From IMG/VR virus record IMGVR_UViG_3300033463_006479, positions 96,001 to 160,000 of that record: a stretch of DNA of 64,000 bases; one strand, written 5' to 3'. The DNA is from a virus (Duplodnaviria > Caudoviricetes). Numbering within the stretch: position 1 is the stretch's first letter; the number at the start of each line of letters is the position of its first letter. Below the pieces are notes generated by a model that saw nothing but the letters and a program-made list of their open reading frames with translations, was not told the origin of the DNA and made no database searches. Shown here one piece after another: positions 58,321-64,000 of this stretch. A program made the translations under genes and the position numbers.

Positions 58321-59645
58321 CGAAATTATCCCTTTTATTCTTGTATTATTTATAAGACTTCAAGTTCAATAGTCGCTTCGTTGCTGTCCGATTGTTCACC
58401 AGTTTTATTGGGTCTTGCAAACGGTTGGTACACAGCTCCACGACCGTACTCGGCATTCCTTGCCGAGATATGTCTCTGCCATTCGTCTGGTTCATATTGT
58501 TCGTTGTTCTTCGCCGCATTGATGTCTCTGTCGTGATGAGCACCACAGTTCGGACAAGTCCAATATCTTACTGCCAGATTTTTGACTTTCTTGTTTATAT
58601 AACCGCACTCGCTGCACATCTGGCTTGACGGATAATATCTGTCAACTTTCATCATAGTCTTGCCGTTCCAAGCACATTTGTATTCAAGTGTCTGAACGAA
58701 CTGATACCAGTTGCATTCGGATATGGATTCAGCAAGTTTGTGATTTTTCATCATACCTTTTACATTCAAATCCTCAACTTTTATCAAGTCATAAGTTTTG
58801 ACCAGTTCTGCGGTTATCTTATGTATGTAGTCAGTTTTGATGTCTGTGATTTTCTGGTAGATTCGGTTGCATTTCAATACTTGGTTTTCATATCTCTTGC
58901 TTCCATAGACCTTCCTTGCCAGACATCTCTGATATTTTTTCAGTTTTCTTTTGTAATATCTGATTATGCTTCGTTTGCTTGCATATTTGAATCCCTTGCT
59001 TGTGATTATAAGTTCCTTTATTCCGAGGTCAAGACCTACACGTTCATAAGTTTTGTTTCTTGGTGTGTAGTCCTGCTTGACCGTTATCGCTATGTAGTAT
59101 CTGCCAGCCTTGTTTTTTGATATTGTGGCAAAGCAGATTTTACCTACAATTCCACGCTCCATAACTATGTCTATTCCGCTTTTGAGCTTCGGAATGTATA
59201 GTTTGTTATCCTTGATATGAAATGTGTTAGGCTGTGCAATCTTGAACGACTGCTTGTCTCTTCTGTTCTTGAACTTCGGATAGGAGCTTCTGTGCTTGTA
59301 GAAATTGTCATACGCAGTATGCATATTCTTCAAACTGCATTGCAAAGACTGCAAAGGAACAATGTTCAAGAACTCAAATCCTTCAAACTTGCGGATTTCT
59401 GTTAATTTACCAGACTGCACATTGTATGAATCACTTGTCTTTGCTTCATCATACTGTTTTTTTTTCTCGTTTAGAAAATGGTTGTACACAAACCTGCAAC
59501 ATCCGAACACATTGGCAAGATAAACTTGCTGCTCCTTGTTCGGATACAACCTAAACTTGTACGTGTACATTCTCTCCATCTGATTAAAACACTATACCAT
59601 ATTTATATTACTCACATTTTTACAAGACTGAAATGGATAATTCCA
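58321..59645 (-). mobile_element. tnpB cassette bounded by the same TIR family as 54451-54922
   Basis: cgaaattatcccttttattcttgta and ttacaagactgaaatggataattcc, 2 mismatches each to the perfect TIR. Confidence 0.75.
58350..59579 (-). CDS. tnpB: TnpB (IS605 OrfB-type) RNA-guided nuclease
   Basis: YKFRLYP HTH, VGLDLGI, VEDLNV, CSECG/CPNCG, DRDINAAKN. Confidence 0.95.
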   Translation of the reverse strand: MERMYTYKFRLYPNKEQQVYLANVFGCCRFVYNHFLNEKKKQYDEAKTSDSYNVQSGKLTEIRKFEGFEFLNIVPLQSLQCSLKNMHTAYDNFYKHRSSYPKFKNRRDKQSFKIAQPNTFHIKDNKLYIPKLKSGIDIVMERGIVGKICFATISKNKAGRYYIAITVKQDYTPRNKTYERVGLDLGIKELIITSKGFKYASKRSIIRYYKRKLKKYQRCLARKVYGSKRYENQVLKCNRIYQKITDIKTDYIHKITAELVKTYDLIKVEDLNVKGMMKNHKLAESISECNWYQFVQTLEYKCAWNGKTMMKVDRYYPSSQMCSECGYINKKVKNLAVRYWTCPNCGAHHDRDINAAKNNEQYEPDEWQRHISARNAEYGRGAVYQPFARPNKTGEQSDSNEATIELEVL

Positions 59646-59656
59646 TTTATATGTGC

Positions 59657-60643
59657 CTATTTGACATCAGCAACAGTATAGTACACATTGCTGATAAACA
59701 TTTTCGGGATTGCAGTGAACGTATAGCACGCATTTTTTATTTCTGGTGCGGCGTTGTCACGCCAAAAATCAATGACAATATCATCATCGCCTTGTTTGCC
59801 ACGTGGGTCAATTTCAATTATAGCATAGTTATGAATATGTTTCATATCTATAATTTTTCGCAAATTGGAGATTGTATCTTCTTTTGTATCACATCTTCCA
59901 CACAAGAAAATCTTTTCTGGAAAATACCTGTAACCAGTTTGCGATTTAGAATCTGATTGCGACCTAACACGACCGACTTTTGGTCGGAGTCCAACACGCA
60001 TTATGCTGTTAATGTTTTTTATATCTGTTATATGATAGACATATTGGTTTCTTTTTATTTCGTCATTTATACATTCAGTATAATATGGCTCAATAAAAAC
60101 TGTAAGTTTCCCATTAACTGATTCTATAATAGTTATATAATAAAGATACAACTCCAATAAATCATATAATTTATCGGACATTGGTGATGACAACAACATA
60201 TTTGTTCCAACACAAGTATCATCTACAATAGAACAATTTGAACTGAACGATATGCTTATTGTATCTATATCATTAGCTACATTATCGTCATAACCGCACA
60301 CAGCATTATATTCGGAAACAAGTAAGTTTATTTTGTCAATAAGGGGTTTTGCGTTATGTGTGCGTAACGATTCATTAATATTAATTATGTGATTTATATG
60401 CCCGCACATAGGCCGTTCCCGTATTCCAGACCATTGCCAGTTTTTACTGTAGTAATAACCAAGAGCATAATCAACAATCTCGTCATCTGAATTTTTTTCA
60501 TCAATATGGCTTAAATCAAAAAACTCTTCAATTGTACGGAAATCATAACCCTCTTGTATTGAAGATAGTCGCAACGGTATATTTGAATATTTTTCGTAAT
60601 CCGTTTTCATAATAAATTTCATTTGATTTTTTATCCATATCAT
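59657..60643 (-). CDS. hypothetical protein with ADP-ribosyltransferase-like C-terminal domain
   Basis: YVYHITD..NINSIMRVGLRP ... IFL ... IIEID ... YT..AIP. Confidence 0.5.
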   Translation of the reverse strand: MIWIKNQMKFIMKTDYEKYSNIPLRLSSIQEGYDFRTIEEFFDLSHIDEKNSDDEIVDYALGYYYSKNWQWSGIRERPMCGHINHIININESLRTHNAKPLIDKINLLVSEYNAVCGYDDNVANDIDTISISFSSNCSIVDDTCVGTNMLLSSPMSDKLYDLLELYLYYITIIESVNGKLTVFIEPYYTECINDEIKRNQYVYHITDIKNINSIMRVGLRPKVGRVRSQSDSKSQTGYRYFPEKIFLCGRCDTKEDTISNLRKIIDMKHIHNYAIIEIDPRGKQGDDDIVIDFWRDNAAPEIKNACYTFTAIPKMFISNVYYTVADVK

Positions 60644-62214
60644 TTTTGTTTTGAAGCATCTGTGAACAAATCAAACTTGATTGCTGGATATGATTCATAA
60701 TCCTCAATACGTATATCTTCTGGCGTTATCTGGTCATAACGCAAAACCGTTTGAGGAAGAACAAGTTTGGCCGCACCGAACAAATGGGGGTTTCGTTCAA
60801 GCATTTCAAGAACGCCGTCCGTGTGGTTTTTGTAAATGTGTGCGTTTCCAAGAGAACCAGCAAGCATCTTCGGGCACATATTGACTGTCTTTGCTATGAT
60901 TGACAGAAGTATGGCATAACTCAATATATTGAACGGAATACCCAATGCCATATCACAAGAACGCTGTATCCAACGCATACTCAAATAGTATTCTGGTATG
61001 TTGTATGTTTTCAGCACATACTCCATATTCATACCTTTTGTATCAAGACCTATTGTGTTGTAATACAATTCAACTCTTTCGTCAAAAGGTATGGGTTCTG
61101 CATAGAACTCCATAGCATAATGACAAGGCGGCAATGCCATTTTATCCATAAAAGCAGGATTCCAAGCAGACACAACAAGCCGTCTATTGTTCGGGTCTGT
61201 TTTTAATTTTTCAACAACGGCATCCAACTGGTTCACACCAGAATGACCGAAGTCTGTCCATTGTGAGCCGTAGATTGGACCGACATCGCCAAAAGTATAA
61301 TTCTCTCCATCAATGTCAATACTTGTTTCGTTTTTAACACCATCCAAAAAAGTATCAAAATCAACTGGTTCGATATTCGCTGATTTGGCAATTTTCACAT
61401 AATGGGCATACGCATCCTTATCCCATATATGAACATTTCTGTCAACCAGATATTTAATGTTCTTGCATCCGTTAAGAAACCAAACAAGTTCCACAACAAC
61501 AGCATTTAAAGCCATTTTCTTTGTTGTGAGAACTGGCAGACCTTTGCGTAAATCAAAATGCAGATGTGCATCAAATATACTGCGGGCAGTTCCTACCCTT
61601 GTGGGTGTATCAACACCATTTTCAAGAATATCACGCAGCAGGTTCAGATATTGTATGTCGCAATGTGATTCGTGTCGTTTTCTGAACATTGTGAAAAACG
61701 TATGGTCATCGACATCTTCAATCATACGGACATCATATTTTTTCTGAAATCTTCCGCCATTTGTGGCATTGCCTATAGTGTACCAGAATTTTGGAAAATA
61801 TGTGTCAAATTTTTCAATGCTGCAATTCTTGATGACACTGCAATAAATGGTATCGGCCAAGTCATTGTCCATAACATATTTGTAAACCTGCGCCCCGCCA
61901 ATATAATACACTTGTTTATAGCCCAACGTTTCAGCAATACTTTCAGCCTCATCAAACGATGAGGCATAAGCAAGCCAAGTTTTGTCAGAAGGCTGCGACA
62001 CGCCATTGGTGTCGGCCTTTGAAGTAACCACTATATTCACTCTGTTTTTTAGCGGATGACCAATGGATTCAAATGTGGTTCTACCCATAATGACAGCTTG
62101 CCCTTTTGTAAGACGGACAAACCTTCTCATATCGCTTTTGTTTTCCCAAGGCATTTTGCCGTTAAGTCCGATACCGCCATTCTGACTGACGGCAACAACA
62201 ACATTTCTAATCAT
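60640..62214 (-). CDS. thyA: bifunctional dihydrofolate reductase-thymidylate synthase
   Basis: DHFR: GIG..GKMPW..D, VIMGRTTFES, IGGA.VY, DTYFP; TS: LTTKK, ELVWF, GPIYG.QW, MALPPCH, QRSCD.ALGIPFNI, AHIY. Confidence 0.95.
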   Translation of the reverse strand: MIRNVVVAVSQNGGIGLNGKMPWENKSDMRRFVRLTKGQAVIMGRTTFESIGHPLKNRVNIVVTSKADTNGVSQPSDKTWLAYASSFDEAESIAETLGYKQVYYIGGAQVYKYVMDNDLADTIYCSVIKNCSIEKFDTYFPKFWYTIGNATNGGRFQKKYDVRMIEDVDDHTFFTMFRKRHESHCDIQYLNLLRDILENGVDTPTRVGTARSIFDAHLHFDLRKGLPVLTTKKMALNAVVVELVWFLNGCKNIKYLVDRNVHIWDKDAYAHYVKIAKSANIEPVDFDTFLDGVKNETSIDIDGENYTFGDVGPIYGSQWTDFGHSGVNQLDAVVEKLKTDPNNRRLVVSAWNPAFMDKMALPPCHYAMEFYAEPIPFDERVELYYNTIGLDTKGMNMEYVLKTYNIPEYYLSMRWIQRSCDMALGIPFNILSYAILLSIIAKTVNMCPKMLAGSLGNAHIYKNHTDGVLEMLERNPHLFGAAKLVLPQTVLRYDQITPEDIRIEDYESYPAIKFDLFTDASKQK

Positions 62215-62783
62215 TTCAAATTCTCCTTTAAATATTCATTAGCCTTTCTGAAAAGTTCCTTTGTCTTGGAAAGCGACATTCCCATAGTTTCGGAAATGCT
62301 TATGAAATCGGTTTTTCCGTTGTGTGTTTCCTTGAAACCATATTTCATATCAACAATGTCCCTGCTTTTTGAATCAAGACTTCCCACAAGACGTTTGTAA
62401 TCCATAATGACTTCATTATAAATTGCATCATTGAACTGCACAAATTCCGTATCATCGCCATCATCATAGGTAATGCCGACATAACTATGCGTGATATTAT
62501 CGTATTTCTTGAAACCAGAATTAAGTCTATGATACGGGATATGAACGACATTACGCTGAAGGTTAATTTCGTTCTTTGCATATTCAGTCATAAGAGGTTT
62601 GCAGAAAACCCAGAAGTTAGGATTTTTTGCAGAATCGTATTTTTCCATACTTTTGACAACAGCAAGCGCACACACCTGCCGCACGTCATTTTGTGTTTCC
62701 TCGTTGAAACAGTTGAATTTGCAGAATATATAACTTACAATCCTGCTGAAATCCTTTGACTTGAGAAGTTCATTTATTTCCAT
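62211..62783 (-). CDS. phage sigma70-like factor
   Basis: Region 2 DVRQ..LAVVKSMEKYD..KNPNFWVF; region 4 LDSKSRDIVDMKYG..ISETMGMS. Confidence 0.75.
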   Translation of the reverse strand: MEINELLKSKDFSRIVSYIFCKFNCFNEETQNDVRQVCALAVVKSMEKYDSAKNPNFWVFCKPLMTEYAKNEINLQRNVVHIPYHRLNSGFKKYDNITHSYVGITYDDGDDTEFVQFNDAIYNEVIMDYKRLVGSLDSKSRDIVDMKYGFKETHNGKTDFISISETMGMSLSKTKELFRKANEYLKENLK

Positions 62784-63064
62784 AGCACATCGATTTTTTT
62801 GTACATAGCGTTTTTGATAGTTTCAAGGCCGTTTTTTTCTTCAAATCTTGAATCACCGCTTGACGAAAAAATCACAAAGTGCTGTTTTTTGGTATCCCAA
62901 TAGGCAAGCCCGTAAACGCCATACTTGACGATTGCATTGTCTTTTTCGGAATTGGACTTGTTTGTGTCGGCAAACAAGTCAAGTTGTACATTTCTCTTCA
63001 CGGCATACACTATGCCATAGCCGCCTTCTGACGGCTTTTCATTTCTCGAATCTTTCCAGTCCAT
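62774..63064 (-). CDS. hypothetical protein
   Basis: 96-aa ORF. Confidence 0.65.
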   Translation of the reverse strand: MDWKDSRNEKPSEGGYGIVYAVKRNVQLDLFADTNKSNSEKDNAIVKYGVYGLAYWDTKKQHFVIFSSSGDSRFEEKNGLETIKNAMYKKIDVLWK

Positions 63065-63095
63065 ATATGTAAATTTTTAAAAGTTATCAAAAAAA

Positions 63096-63827
63096 TCAAT
63101 CCTTAATAATCGTAACATTACTGTAATCAATCGGTGTGTAATATTTCCTATTGTCAATTATAGTTTTCGCTTCCATATAGTATGAATCATACTCATCTTT
63201 TCCAAGAGCCACAATCTCGTTATCCTTAAATCCCATAATAGGATTTGAATATATAGCGGTCTGCTCATAGTCAAATCGGTTTATCTTGACAAGGACACGG
63301 TTTCCATTATAATCAATGCCGAAAGCATCAGTGTACATAAGGTCTGTGCTCTTTTTCATAAAATAATCTGGATAACCATCATTTGCGTGGACATCGTTTT
63401 TTGGCTCTGGCTGGACAGCTGATGTCTTTTTGTGCGGTTCTGGTGTCGCATAGTCGTTGGTTGAAATTACCACTCGTGTTTCCTCTGGAATTGCAGTTAT
63501 GGTGTTTTGCGGTTTCACGCTTTTCCACACAAATCGGCCATCTATTTTTTTCAGATAATTATGGCGCAAAGAACAAAGTTCAAAATCCTTATCAGTTTCA
63601 ATTTTTTCTATTAGATTGAACAGATTTTCCGCTATTGTTTCTGGACTATAATGCTTGCAATACAATTCATACAACTTTGATACGCAAGACACTGCGTTAT
63701 CACCGCCAGCATTATCATTGAACACGCCATCGTTATACGTAGCACACCACTCCCCGTTTGAGAATTGTATGTTTATGTTTTTGCTGTCATCGCCGAACAA
63801 AGCGAGTTTTTTTGTCAAATCGTCCAT
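63096..63827 (-). CDS. hypothetical protein
   Basis: From MDDLTK. Confidence 0.65.
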   Translation of the reverse strand: MDDLTKKLALFGDDSKNINIQFSNGEWCATYNDGVFNDNAGGDNAVSCVSKLYELYCKHYSPETIAENLFNLIEKIETDKDFELCSLRHNYLKKIDGRFVWKSVKPQNTITAIPEETRVVISTNDYATPEPHKKTSAVQPEPKNDVHANDGYPDYFMKKSTDLMYTDAFGIDYNGNRVLVKINRFDYEQTAIYSNPIMGFKDNEIVALGKDEYDSYYMEAKTIIDNRKYYTPIDYSNVTIIKD

Positions 63828-63829
63828 AG

Positions 63830-64000
63830 TTACACATTGAATATTTTTGTAAAATCTTTGAGATAGTCGCAACGGATTATTTTCTCACATCCGCCAAGCG
63901 TGCGCAAATCAACAAACTGGTTGTATGTCGCATAGATGAGAACTCCGTATTCAGCATCAACACCAGCGAATTTCTTGGGATTGTCATCAATGAAAAAATC
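63830..64000 (-). CDS. C-terminus of a HAD-family 5'(3')-nucleotidase-like protein (partial)
   Basis: Own translation DFFIDDNPKKF ... GVLIYATYN. Confidence 0.5.
   Translation of the reverse strand, partial: DFFIDDNPKKFAGVDAEYGVLIYATYNQFVDLRTLGGCEKIIRCDYLKDFTKIFNV

Overview
AT-rich segment of a T4-like jumbo (myo)phage genome, standard genetic code, with a probable Bacteroidota (Prevotella/Bacteroides-type) host: TAnnTTTG promoters, no Shine-Dalgarno sites. 1-13.9 kb: minus-strand early/middle genes, mostly small hypotheticals, plus a DNA methyltransferase, RNA ligase, nucleotidyltransferase-like protein, metallophosphoesterase and a protease-dead gp21 paralog. Large terminase at 14.0-16.0 kb. 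21.9-38.0 kb: minus-strand array of about 31 canonical tRNAs covering all 20 amino acids, interleaved with about 13 non-canonical tRNA-like RNAs, repeated stem-ACAGCAA RNA elements, a tnpB element and homing endonucleases. The array is headed by a ~640-nt end-paired ncRNA (ROOL-like) interrupted by an ORF-less group I intron and driven by a stack of early, middle and late promoters, the early and middle ones followed by rrn-like boxA sites. 40-55 kb: late (TATAAATA) operons whose unrelated products share a bipartite N-terminal tag (T4-like capsid-targeting sequence plus KLxI[KR]P[IMV][TS]K.RL): DUF285 proteins, and, with the short tag only, a ferritin-like protein and an AAA-AAA/MoxR-peptidase-vWA cluster. 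55-64 kb: Hsp20, topoisomerase II gp52, PTH2-like protein, an inverted-repeat-flanked tnpB, a DHFR-TS fusion and a sigma factor. All family assignments come from motifs read by eye, with no database searches. RNA coordinates are approximate to a few nt.
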